A stretch of DNA of 63,327 nt, the filler included, from Nemertoderma westbladi (Eukaryota > Animalia > Xenacoelomorpha), in NCBI GenBank assembly GCA_032718475.1. It is 4 parts of 4 records of this genome, joined end to end, with 100 filler letters (N's around TTAATTAATTAA, not from the genome) between each part and the next. Parts side by side here need not be neighbours in the genome. Positions count along the whole stretch, not along the records: positions 21,792 to 50,345 come from JAUCBJ010007830.1; 3 more parts are not named here. One strand, 5' to 3'. Below the pieces are notes generated by a model. That model saw only the letters and a program-made list of their open reading frames with translations, was not told where the DNA came from and ran no database searches. This document shows, piece after piece, positions 26,101-36,254 of the stretch (its first letter is position 1; every line of letters begins with the position of its first letter). The position numbers and the translations under genes are program-made.

Positions 26101-26568
26101 TTCCACTTCGCTTTCCACCTCACTTTCCACTTCGCTTTCCACCTCACTTTCCACTTGAGAAGAAGTGGCGTCGGTTGATTCTTCATAAGTTGGCCGCTCA
26201 TCACAAACCGTATCCGCCATCTTCGCTCCGCGCTCGGGCGTCCGCTCAACAGCATCCGAACCACTGGAGCCATCGGGCCGCTGAGAACTAGGTTCTTGGC
26301 TAGGAGGTTGCTGCTGTTTTATAGCTTCTTCTTGATCCCGCTTGACTTGGGCCCGAGTGCCTATGGCAGACCAACGGCGCTTCACTAACTTCGCAAATTG
26401 CGAAATCTTTTCTACCAACCTAGGTTCTGATACAACCACTGCAGGGGTTGCCCTTCTTACAGTATGAGGGGTTTCAGACCTCGGTCTGGGATTCTCTACA
26501 CTTTGATCTGAGAAGCAGGCTGTTGTTTCTAGGAGACTATCTGACAGAGTTTGCCTTGTGTCAGCCAT
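23185..26568 (-). CDS. BEL/Pao Gag plus start of aspartic protease (element 1)
   Basis: DUF1759-like IVKFNGDEMKWLPF..EKLRFL..LEG, the triple zinc knuckle CALC..H..C / CYNC..GH..C / CAKC..HH.LLH, and ALLDSGS. Contains ESEV and AEAERKAA repeats. Confidence 0.92.
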   Translation of the reverse strand: MADTRQTLSDSLLETTACFSDQSVENPRPRSETPHTVRRATPAVVVSEPRLVEKISQFAKLVKRRWSAIGTRAQVKRDQEEAIKQQQPPSQEPSSQRPDGSSGSDAVERTPERGAKMADTVCDERPTYEESTDATSSQVESEVESEVESEVESEVESEVESEVESELTSAEKPRTRDAIDIYLSDYQRFLGDEELRRRLSGLSPNSEGTKLVLDSIDAEMLAANQAECDEKLRLIRVREEQVKKRRIEEQKAAAMADAEAERLAAKAAAADAEAERKAAKAAAAADAEAERKAAAADAEAERKAAKAVAEAERRASEQTTQLELENLQETQDSINKQFTANQMQMMRKSTPKRQGYTSSEEGDTTDPEGGGNRSHLSRRRKTYYRCKLPDLPPAVKRQLTSTELGSAEPIEQFIQVKRLPTIVDEPEIIRPVVPKVTSVLETSTLPELNSKFPLHSTTLPVPGGTVHANTPVQIAEREINNLSPVVPRQPATMLATPASAVEWVEEGRRGMNLLLGQMQETVHQLKGTVREGRAELQEVQQSIALERDKLVNIQKGIPMPPVTLCQPVRSEVLHAQGVEPTRIYTASEVETPITNPIKGDYRPVINDIPYRPDNDPRNLYTDNSILNNTMVQESFTRQMARTEARQAVKVGEIVKFNGDEMKWLPFNEYYKDSIQNSVLSNGEKLRFLIKCLEGPPKLMALKFIGHPDGLRQVWDTLNIRYGNKDNIAKYLYAKLVAPRHFLSSEIIEFSDEIQEICRQLDWLGKSHEYQSSMVIGAVVSTLPKGGVCTRWDKKVLYMNEQQRRSPTMADLMSFLDSEVKLQLIRQSREKTSENKVSEKPVSRRRIIPVCYTDDGESQASQEEDSGKDTAKSYYDNKTYKDVSKYKSRTSDRREQVTTTPPTSPKRIHGRKPEERTRVQNVNQVKVSNIKPKCALCDGPHRLSACAEFLKKSPVDRRTVLWNKRLCYNCLRSGHQRQTCYSDVKCAKCGAKHHILLHSEFERDNPSQVSEPELHVQFSDVNDTDQGSEWEGFYTDEFSDANESCYLINTTVYRALTYEKDTDEFTPTPFDKQPSWKVPTSNIGIREFPVVQVRVHGPNKSYIVNALLDSGSTGTFIDQELAEDIFAG

Positions 26569-27924
26569 GTTTGATTGTACAGTCGAACGCCTACTGCTAT
26601 ATTACAGTTAAAGCAAGTCTAGTAATTCAGTATCACTGTTAGCCTAATAATTAATTACCGATACTGCTACTCAGTGTAGCGTGATATATATATAATATAT
26701 TAGAATACCGGTTTGCTTATAATATATATAGAAGTATTATTACAGACTAGATTTGTCACAGAGTACCGGTATATAATTTTAGCACAAATATATATAAATA
26801 TATAATAGGCCTATCGTGAATACCGGTATACAGCTGACACTTATAATATATATAAGTATAATTATGAACTAGAATTAATTACAGAATACCGGTATGATTT
26901 CAGCACAAATCCATAGAAATAAATATAATAAGCCTATGGTAAATACCGGTATGTCAATTATTTTAGAATAATTGAATTTCTGAATATTTTAGGGTTACTT
27001 GGTTACTTTAACTTACTTTATTACCGTTATTTAAGCAGCAGTCCAACTGATATTGAGACCTAGTTGTTGTATGGCAGGCCTACTATTTATAAATCGTTTG
27101 AGTTGATTTATAATATATATATACCCGTTTAAAAGGGGTTTTGTCAATATTTGAAATAAATGTTATTATTTCTGGGGGAGTCACTACACAGAAGCTGGGC
27201 GCTCTCAGTGAAGTGCTATTTTGTTGGACACTAAAACTGATAATTCTAATTTACCTAAGTTACTTAATACTACGAATTACTTACGATACGGGTGAGATTA
27301 ATTCTCTAATTAAAACACAACAAAAATATTACGTACGAAATTTTTAGGGTAATTTTACAGGAAGTCTACAAACCAGCTTAACAAAGGGTTAGAATTCTGG
27401 TTATTACAACGGACAGGGTACTACGGTATTTAAATAATAAGTAGTAGTAAATATACTGCGTTGTCCAGATAGGAAAATACCACCGCCTGACGACCTATAA
27501 CCGTATCGCTATAGGTACTACGTTATGTATCACGGATTGTTCCTACCCAGAAGCTAATAGAGCTAACGAATGTGCCTATCAACCACTTTACAACACAAAT
27601 ATACTGCCTACACTAATTACTTCGGAAAGCACTGTACACTAAACCCTAAATTAGGTACAAGTACCGGTATAACAAATAATCAGTAGTTAAATATACTTGA
27701 ACAGTTAAAAGAACCACGGCATCTGCTGGAGTGACCGAAGCACAAAATCTCCAGTCTTTACCTACGCCGAGCAGCCCTGATGTAGTACCGGGTTAGTTTA
27801 ACTATAACGGTATGTATAACAAGCACAATTACTGTAGGAATAAACTTGGGGACATGAATGTTGCGAATAATCGCATAAACTCTGAATAATAAATATTACG
27901 CTACCCGTACAGAATACTCAAACA

Positions 27925-28450
27925 AATACAAACCAAACGCTGGCAGACTACTATTAAGCCTACAGTATGTGCAGATTCTGAAACTGTTAGTTAGTATGCG
28001 TTCTAACACGGTAGTACGACTTACTCTTTAAGAGGGGATTGACCTTACCGCTTATGGCTGCCCCAACTTACTAACGGCACTTGATCAGACCAACTCTACA
28101 CACGCAGCAATCCCTCCAGACCCAAAAATAGCCGGACAACAATCCAGCCTACAAATATTTGAGTAATAACTATTACGGTACCTGAACAGACCACACAAAC
28201 AAACACAGGCTAAAACACTGGCAGACTACGATCAAGCCTAAATAAACTACAGTATATGCAGACTCTGAAACTGTTAGTTAGTATGCGTTCTAACACGGTA
28301 GTACGACTTATTCTTTAAGAGGGGATTGACCTTACCGCATATGGCTGCCCCAACTTACTAACGGCACTTTATCAGACAAACTCTACACACGCCGCAATCT
28401 CTCCAAACTCAACAACAGTCAGACAGCAGCTCAGCCTACAATTATCTGAA
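27925..28450. repeat. Tandem duplication, period about 288 bp
   Basis: CTGAAACTGTTAGTTAGTATGCGTTCTAACACGG...GGCTGCCCCAACTTACTAACGGCAC occurs twice. Confidence 0.9.
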
Positions 28451-29874
28451 CAATCTGAGCAGGGTCACACGCCTTCTGCTCAATATTAGCCTACTAGGCA
28501 ATAAAACCGACAGAAATAGGTAAAATCTCAATAAAAATTCAGGGCTGCAGTCCCTGATTAAGTACTAAGACCTACCAGTATACAATAATCAAAATCGAAT
28601 AATACTAAATGTACTTGTACAGCAGTACCGGTACCGGTGATGACAGTTAGGCCTACTGACTTACAGAAGTACCGGTTCAGGTTTACCGGTCACTACGGTA
28701 TTTTGCAACCTTATTGCTTACTGCAATAAGATTATAAACTGTTACTGTTCGCGCTTTTGAAGACCTTTAGCAGTTTAACCTGCCAAAATTTATATGTCTT
28801 TTAGTTAATTAAAACACCTTTAGCATACGACAACAATTTATGCTAATACACAAAACATTAGCCGAAGTCAGCCCATGCGCGATCATTCACCCGATGGATC
28901 TACACCCGGGAGGCTGAATTCGGATGCTTAAATTTTATTATTGCAGTGTAAGGTTGCAGTGTAAACCTACTGTATTATTCGATAGATCGTTAATAATTAA
29001 TCTCTGACAGATATTATTGGCTTTCGGGAAATATTAACAGTTCCTTTAGGACGTGGCGCTTTATCTATTTAAACAGAACTAAGACTTATACTAAAACGCA
29101 ACGATACTGCTTATGATTGAAGTATAAAGCGTATTCTTTAGGAAATACTTTGTTACCAATCACAATCATACACACTATTCTGCCGACAGTCAGTATATTT
29201 GATCACACATAAAGAGAGCAACAATTGACTCACGTAGGGTCTGCTAAATAACATTGGATTCAATACACACCACATTAATATAAATCGCAATTGTTATGTA
29301 TAGCCGGTCTCTCTAACCTGTAGTGTATCAAGAAAATTGGGAATTTGGGTGATTTATCCGTATTATCCAAAGAGCAATATTTCCATCAACAAATAGGTAC
29401 AATTAATAACTGACGGTAAATAACAGTACAAACAATATGATTAATGCAGTTAAATTAAGTGAGATAGTGAGTTCGTTCGATTAGTGAGATTAGTTAGTTA
29501 GTTTGATTTGGTAACAGTTTATACTTTCGATAATTCAAGCAGTTTACTAGAGTTCTTCCCAAAAAGCCGGTGTTTCTGGCTTAGACAGCAATAACAACAA
29601 AGTATCAAGTAAAAACAGTAAGACTGAACACTCTCCTTATGATCGGCCGAAAAGCTACACGTCGACAGGAAAAATCGCTCTGATTGGCTCAAGCCAAACA
29701 AAGAACCATGCGTCCAATGGCTGTTTCCATGTCAGCAACCAGCTGTTAGATGTCGTAATATGAATCATCACGGCTAAGCTGTGAAAGGTAGTTGGTGCAT
29801 TGCAGGTTTTTTGCCTTACCATGTCCGCCAAAACACGTATATAGCAGAATGACTTTTATGTTCGTTAAAACACC

Positions 29875-30259
29875 TGTAACGGTACCTTGCGGGCGAGGGG
29901 AATATATATACAGTTAGAGAACCTTTTTAGAGTATTCCAGCGCCTGGGGGGAAACTGGATTGCGAAGCAAAAGGGGCCAGTTATATCCCACAGAAGCTTT
30001 TACACCCCCATTGGCTGATAACTCACTTCTCACCTTCCCATTTCCCTGGGTGTGTTTCCCCCTGTCCCTATTACTCTCTCCCTCCCGGAGGTGTAACCTC
30101 TGACCCCCGCTGTGTGTGTGTTCCCTTGGGGCCTGTTGTCCCCATTTATTGGGGTGACACGAGGTTAATTGGTAATCAACCTCGTGCTCCCAATATTGCT
30201 TAAACCTCCTGCCCTGCCAACTTTGTGTGGGGTGGTTGGCGGAATTGAATACGCTAACA
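29875..30259 (-). mobile_element. LTR (copy A)
   Basis: Minus strand TGTTAGCGTATTCAATTCCGCC...CCGTTACA. The U3 part aligns with 46960-47226. No TSD. Confidence 0.75.
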
Positions 30260-30852
30260 CCGATGATCCTCTCCGCATCGTTGCGGATCGCCGATCCCAC
30301 CTTTATCGTCGACTTCTCTCTTACTACGTTCTGCACCGCCCTTGGCAACCGGTTTAACTTCGGCCCGTTCTTCTTCCCATATGTTCCCAGATCAAACAGG
30401 AATATGTCCCCATTTGGTGCGGCCAAATGCAGAAGTATGGTTCTGGCCGACCCCGCCGACCCTCTTCTCGAACCCTCCTCGTCTTCCACGATCCCTTCGT
30501 CGTCCAGGACCATGTATCCTCCCCTGCTGACGGACTCTACGAACCTCTTCAAGTCCTTTTTTGGTGGTTCCCTCGGATACTTCGGTATCCCGAACTTCGC
30601 CTCGTCTCCCTTTACCACGTAGTGGAAGTGCTCGAAGATCGCGTTGTCTAGCGACGGCGTCCCGTAGGTCCCAACCAGCCGCCTCTCGTGCACCTCCCTG
30701 AAATGGTCCTGTAGCGCTCGCGCTTTGTGACCCTTCTCCAACCACTCGTAGTATCCTCTCATCTTCTCCTCCGGATGCCACTCGGTGAAGTCTACTAGTA
30801 TTTCTTTTCCTCCCATCTCCGCCTTTCTCTTTCTGACAAGTTTCTCCGCCAT
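30260..30852 (-). CDS. DEDDy 3'-5' exonuclease (WRN-exo/EXD2/Mut-7-like), C-terminally interrupted by LTR A
   Basis: ExoI YMVLDDEG, then ILLHLAAPNGDIFLFDL, LPRAVQNVV and ExoII IKVGSAIRND, matching the D.E / LLQLA / LP..L..LL / KVGVGI..D pattern. Likely start MAEK at 30852. Confidence 0.75.
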
Positions 30853-31231
30853 TTCGAACACTCTCGATCGCTCACCTATAAGGTGGTGCCTTACCAAGGC
30901 TCAATATAAGTGAGTGATGTAGTTAGGATGGTCTGTACGGTCCAATAATGGTCTATCTCTCTCTGAACACTAGATTTTGCTAATATTTGCCTATTTTACT
31001 CCCTAAAGGTGCCAAATTTTCAATATCCTGCCTACTGTTACCATAATTTGTCTAATTTTGATTTTAATATTAATTTTTAATTCTGCAATTGTGCTATTAG
31101 TATTTATGACGGATTATTTATTTAATAATCCCTCTTCTAACCTATTCTACAGGCTGTGCAGTACAGTAGTATGTCCCGTGCGGCCTACACGATCTTTGCT
31201 GCTGTACCCACGTGCCCCCCTCTCACTTCTC

Positions 31232-31564
31232 ACTACTAACTCTACTAACTCTCTTACTCTACTAACTCTTACTAACATTCTAACTAACTTCTACTAACTC
31301 TTACTAACTCTTCTACTAACATCTGCTAACTCTACTAACGGTACTGCACATACCCTCTTACTAACTCTTCTACTAACGGTACTACACGTACCCTCTTACT
31401 ACTAACTCTCTAACTAACGGTACTACACGTACCCTCTTACTAACTCTTCTAACTAATGGTACTAACGTACCCTCTTACTACTCTTACTACTAACGGTACT
31501 ACGTACCCTCTTACTACTAACTCTCTAACTAACGGTACTACTTACCCTCTTACTTACCCTCTTA
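31232..31564 (+). repeat. TACTAAC/GGTACTACGTACCCTCT minisatellite, left part
   Basis: Composite tandem units that continue at 35852-36115 beyond the CRE insertion. Confidence 0.9.
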
Positions 31565-34500
31565 TTTTTAATTAGTAGCGGTGGATGGCCTGCCTGGTGT
31601 GAGAACTGTTGTGTCCCTACTGTTGGCCAGTACAGCCTTTGATACTGCCGACAGCCAGACTGCTTGGCGCCAAACAAAGGAGTAGAAAACCGGATTGTGG
31701 GCCGCCACTATCCCTCGAAGAGGAATGCCGTGTTGCAGGTGCGGCATCAACAGCACTTGCGTGCGGGGCTGCGCCTGTGTAAAGGCCAAGATAGACTGCC
31801 TGAACTGCGTTCCCGGTAAGCGGAGACGGTGCCGAAATGGCGGGACCGATTTGCCGATCAGCCAATCCCAACCCACCCCGACCAGCGATGGACTACGAGA
31901 CTTGGTTTCACCCATTTCGTTCTCCCAGCCAACAGCTACAGAGTCGGGGGGGAGGGACGAGTCCTTCGACGAGACTTTGGTGGTGGAATTGTCGGACAGC
32001 GATGGTTCTTTCCATTCGCTCAGCGACACATTGGTGTCACGTAGTTCTGTGTCCGAGGTCAGTCTATCAGCCTCAACGACTCCAGAAGTCGGACTGTCGG
32101 GTCCAGATGTGCTCATGGGTCAGGGGAACCCCGTTTCGCCAACCATTGATGCCGCCTCCCTGGACTGCGCCTCCGGTGTAGCCCCTACGGTGTCCGGTGC
32201 TGCCCCCCTTACCCCAACAGTGTCCGGTGTTGCCCCCCCCACCCATATGGTGTCCGGTGTTGCCCCACTCTCCACAACGGTGTCCGGTGTTGCCTCCCTG
32301 GATCTCACGCATACGGTGTCCGGGGTCGCCCCTACGGTGGCCGGTGTCGCCGCCCTCACCCCTACGGTGTCCGGTGTTGCCCCACTCACCACAATGGTGT
32401 CCGGGGTTGCCCCCCTCGATCTCACCCCTACGGTGTCCGGGGTCGCCGCTACGGTGTCCGGTGTCGCCCCTACGGTGTCCGGTGTTGCTCCCCTCGCCCC
32501 TACGGTGTCCGGTGTTGCCACCCTCGCCCCAAATGTGTCTGGTGTTGCCCCCCTCGCCCAAACGGTGTCTGGTGCTGCCCCCCGGGCCCCCATGGTGTCT
32601 GGTGGCTCCCCCCTTGCCCCTACGGTGTCCGGGGTCTCCCCCCTCGCCCCAATGGTGTCCGGTGTTGCCCCCCTCGCCCCTACGGTGTCTGGTGCGCCAC
32701 TGGTAGCCACAGCAACGCAACCATGCGGAACTACGCAGCCGCTGAGTGCCACAACGCCAATAGCTGCCCCAATCCCGCCAACGAACGCCAACTCCAACAT
32801 AATAGTTTCCTGGGGCAATGTAAGGCTACCCTTACTCCAGTTGGAGACCTCGATCAATGGCGTCTACGACGTCATTGTTCACTGGCGACCCAATCTATTT
32901 TTGGTTCCACAGGGTATGGTCGGGCGCGATTTTGTGGCAGGAATGTCCAATCTTCTGTCACTAGTGACGACGGGGAACCCTCTGCAGTCGTTTGCGCTGA
33001 AGGCGTTGATGGCGGCCCCGGCTTTGTTGCTCCAGAAACCAAGCCGCGCATCAACAACGGCGACACACCGGCGGGTTCTAGAACGCCGGCTGGAAAGTTG
33101 GAAACGCGGCGAATTCGGTGAACTCCTCGTGGAAGCCAGAACAATTCAGGCGCACCTCCCCAAGCAACGTTTCCGAGCCGATTCTCAGAACGTTGCCGTG
33201 CAGAAAGCGTTTGTGCGTCACATGCTGGTGGGAAACGTGTCTGCGGCGACAAGGAGTCTCAGCGACCTGAACCGGGGGAAACCGCTGAAGTTGGACGATA
33301 CTTTCGTGGACAAAGACGGAACGACGAAGATTGTCCGCGATGTTCTGCGGGAGAAACACCCGGCCGCGAAACCCGCCGATGAATCCATTCTCCTCACAGA
33401 GTTCGTTGGAGCCCCAGAGTACCACAGCGTCATATTTGAGCGCCTGAATGGACAGCTCATCTTGTCCAGTGTTCTAAGGATGCGTGGGGTTGGACGTCCA
33501 GGGATGGAAACATCTCCTGACAAGGTTCCGGAATCAATCAACGGAGCTCTGTGACCGAATCGCCGATTTGGGGAAACTCATATCGCAGACTGTTCTTCCT
33601 CCAGGAATTCTTACACCGTTTCTGTCCGCCCGACTGCTAGCGCTTGATAAGAACCCCGGAGTCCGTCCCATCGGGATAGGCGAGGTTCTCCGCCGGGTGG
33701 TCGGCAAGGCGGCGATGACCTGTATCCGCGGGGATCTACAGGAGGTGGGCGGCTCTGTCCAGATGTGCCTCGGCCAGAAGGCCGGCATCGAGTCCGCCAT
33801 CCACTCGCTGAACGACGAGTTCGCCACGGACAATGGCGACGCCGTCCTCCAGATCGACGCCACGAACGCGTTCAACGCGCTGAACCGCGAGGCGGCGCTA
33901 CAAAACATCCGGCTGGTCTGCCCCGCGCTTCACACCATCGTAGTGAATTGCTACGACCAGCCGTCGTGTTTGTTCGTGGGGGGCGAGACGATGTTCTCGG
34001 AGGAGGGCTCGACGCAGGGCGACCCGGTGGCGATGCCGATGTTTGGCGTCGGTCTCGTCCCGTTACTCGCCGAGCTTATGCGCGCCTGTACTGTCGTTCA
34101 GAAGTGGTACGCGGACGACGGGAATGCCGTGGGGAAACTCAAGGAACTCCGGAAGTTCTGGGACGTGGTGTCAGTGAGGGGGCCTCTCTACGGGTACTAC
34201 CCGACTAAGTGCTGCCTCACCGTCAAGCCGGAGAAGTTGGAGGAGGCGAAGGAGATTTTCGCGGACACCGGCGTTGCCATCGACACGGTGGGGAACAAAC
34301 TCCTCGGCGGAGTAATCGGGACCGAGGAGTTCCAGCGCGAGTACACCGAGCGGAAGGTGGAGGAGTTTGCCGCCGACGTGGATCGCCTCGCCACCATCGC
34401 CGCAGTCGACCCGCACTGCGCGTACGCCGGCCTCGCCTTCGGTCTCTCCTGCCGGTGGAGGTTCTTGGCGCGCGTCGTCCCGGGGGCCACGGATTCTTTT

Positions 34501-35851
34501 GGGAAGTTGGAGGAGGCCGTGGAACAGTGCCTCTGCCGGATCATTGACCGGCCGGCGGTATCGGCGACGGAACGCGAGTTGCTGTCGCTACCGGTTCGGG
34601 ATGGGGGGCTGGGGATCCCGGTTCCCGAGGATCTACGACCCCAATACGAGAACTCCCGGAGGATCTGCGACCCATTCATCTCCATGGAGGGCGAGTCAAT
34701 GGTGGCAGTTAGGGAAGAGCAGACGCACGTAGCGAAGTTAGTTGCAGCCTCCTCCTCTGTTGTAGCGAAAGCTAAAAAGGAGGAGGTTTATGACAAATTA
34801 AGTAGTGAAATGCACAATTTGTGCGGACTAACTACTGAGAAAGGTGCTTCTGCCTGGCTAAATACCAAACCCTTAACGTTACACGACACTCACCTGTCCA
34901 AGGAAGAGTTCCGTGACGCAGTTTGTCTCCGGTACGGTTGGTCGCCAAGAAATCTTCCCTCTCGTTGTGTCTGTGGGTCGCGATTTTCTCCTTCCCACGT
35001 TCTGTCGTGTCCCACTGGGGGGTTCCCCTCAATCAGACACAACGAGATCCGCGATTTCGTCGCCGACTCCCTGACTGAGGTGGCCCACAACGTGGCTGTC
35101 GAGCCGATGCTCCAGCCGCTGACGGGGGAGTCCTTCACTCTCCGGTCCACCTCGACGGACCAGCAGGCGAGACTCGACGTGTCGGTAAGCGGATTCTGGG
35201 GCAACAGCTTCCAGAAGATGTTTATCGACGTGTCGGTGTTCAACCCGCTGGCGGACACCAACGCAGCGATGTCGCTGGACGCCGCCCACCTCCATCACGA
35301 GGCGAGGAAGATCCGGAGATACGAGGAGCGGATCCGTGAGGTTGAGCACTCAACCTTCACCCCCCTCATATTTTCCGCTTTCGGGGGCATGGCGCCGGCC
35401 GCGAAGCAGTTCGTCAAGCGGCTGGCGTTGAGGCTGTCGGAGAAACGACAGGTTCCCTACCCGGAGTCGGTAGCGTGGGTGCGGCGACGCATCAATTTCG
35501 CCTTACTCCGGTCGTCCCTGATGTGCCTCCGTGGGTTTCGGTCGGCCGCTAGAAGACCGGTGCGGGCAGCGGTGGCGGACGCGTCCATTGTGTGGGCGAA
35601 CGCGGACTCGGACCCCGGGACGGCTTAGATGTTAGAGGTCTGGCGGGTTTGTTGGGTACTGGCAGTGGCAGAGTGGCAGACTGGTGATGGGTACTGAACC
35701 AATTTGTATTGTTTGTATTGTTGCTAGGTAACAGTTTGAATCAGCTGGTGGTGGGTTATATTTGTACTTGTTTTGGTGCGTTTTTATATTCAAATTATTG
35801 TTTGTTAATATTATAATATATGGAGGCTTTTGAGTAAAAAAAAAAAAAAAA
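31565..35851 (+). mobile_element. Near full-length CRE-type non-LTR retrotransposon (RT + RLE)
   Basis: Poly(A) at 35836-35851 and TSD ACTTACCCTCTTA. A single ORF split by one frameshift near 33490. Confidence 0.92.
31695..35628 (+). pseudogene. CRE ORF: CXC-like Cys domain, 10-aa repeats, RT, CCHC and restriction-like endonuclease
   Basis: GVRPIGIGEVLRR, IDATNAFN, STQGDP, WYADD, CVCG..HVLSC, RHNEIRD, RLDV..FIDV and KIRRY. First ATG in the frame is at 31725. Confidence 0.9.
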
Positions 35852-36115
35852 CTTACCCTCTTACTACTCTTACTACTAACGGTACTACGTAGCCTCTTAC
35901 TACTAACTCTCTAACTAACGGTACTACGTACCCTCTTCCTACTCTTACTACTAACGGTACTATACGTACCCTCTTACTAACTCTTCTACTAACGGTACTA
36001 CATACCCTCTTACTACTAACTCTCTAACTAACGGTACTACGTACCATCTTACTAACTCTTCTACTAACTCTCTAACTAACTTCTATCTGCCTACTTACTT
36101 ACTACGTACTTACTA
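35852..36115 (+). repeat. TACTAAC minisatellite, right part
   Basis: Same units as 31232-31564. Confidence 0.9.
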
Positions 36116-36254
36116 TGTACTATTACTTTCCTTTCTCTTACTCTCTTTCTCTATTATTTTTAATATTTTTATTTTATATTTTTATATTTTGTGTGGGAAG
36201 GGCATCTCGCCCTCAATCCCACCCCCCTCAGTCCAACACTTGGATGACTAAACT

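Noticed and set aside
29914-30259. YNW...PVSPQALEY as the ExoIII motif of the exonuclease
   Set aside because: It lies inside LTR A, lacks the catalytic Asp and is spaced too far from ExoII. Probably chance read-through.
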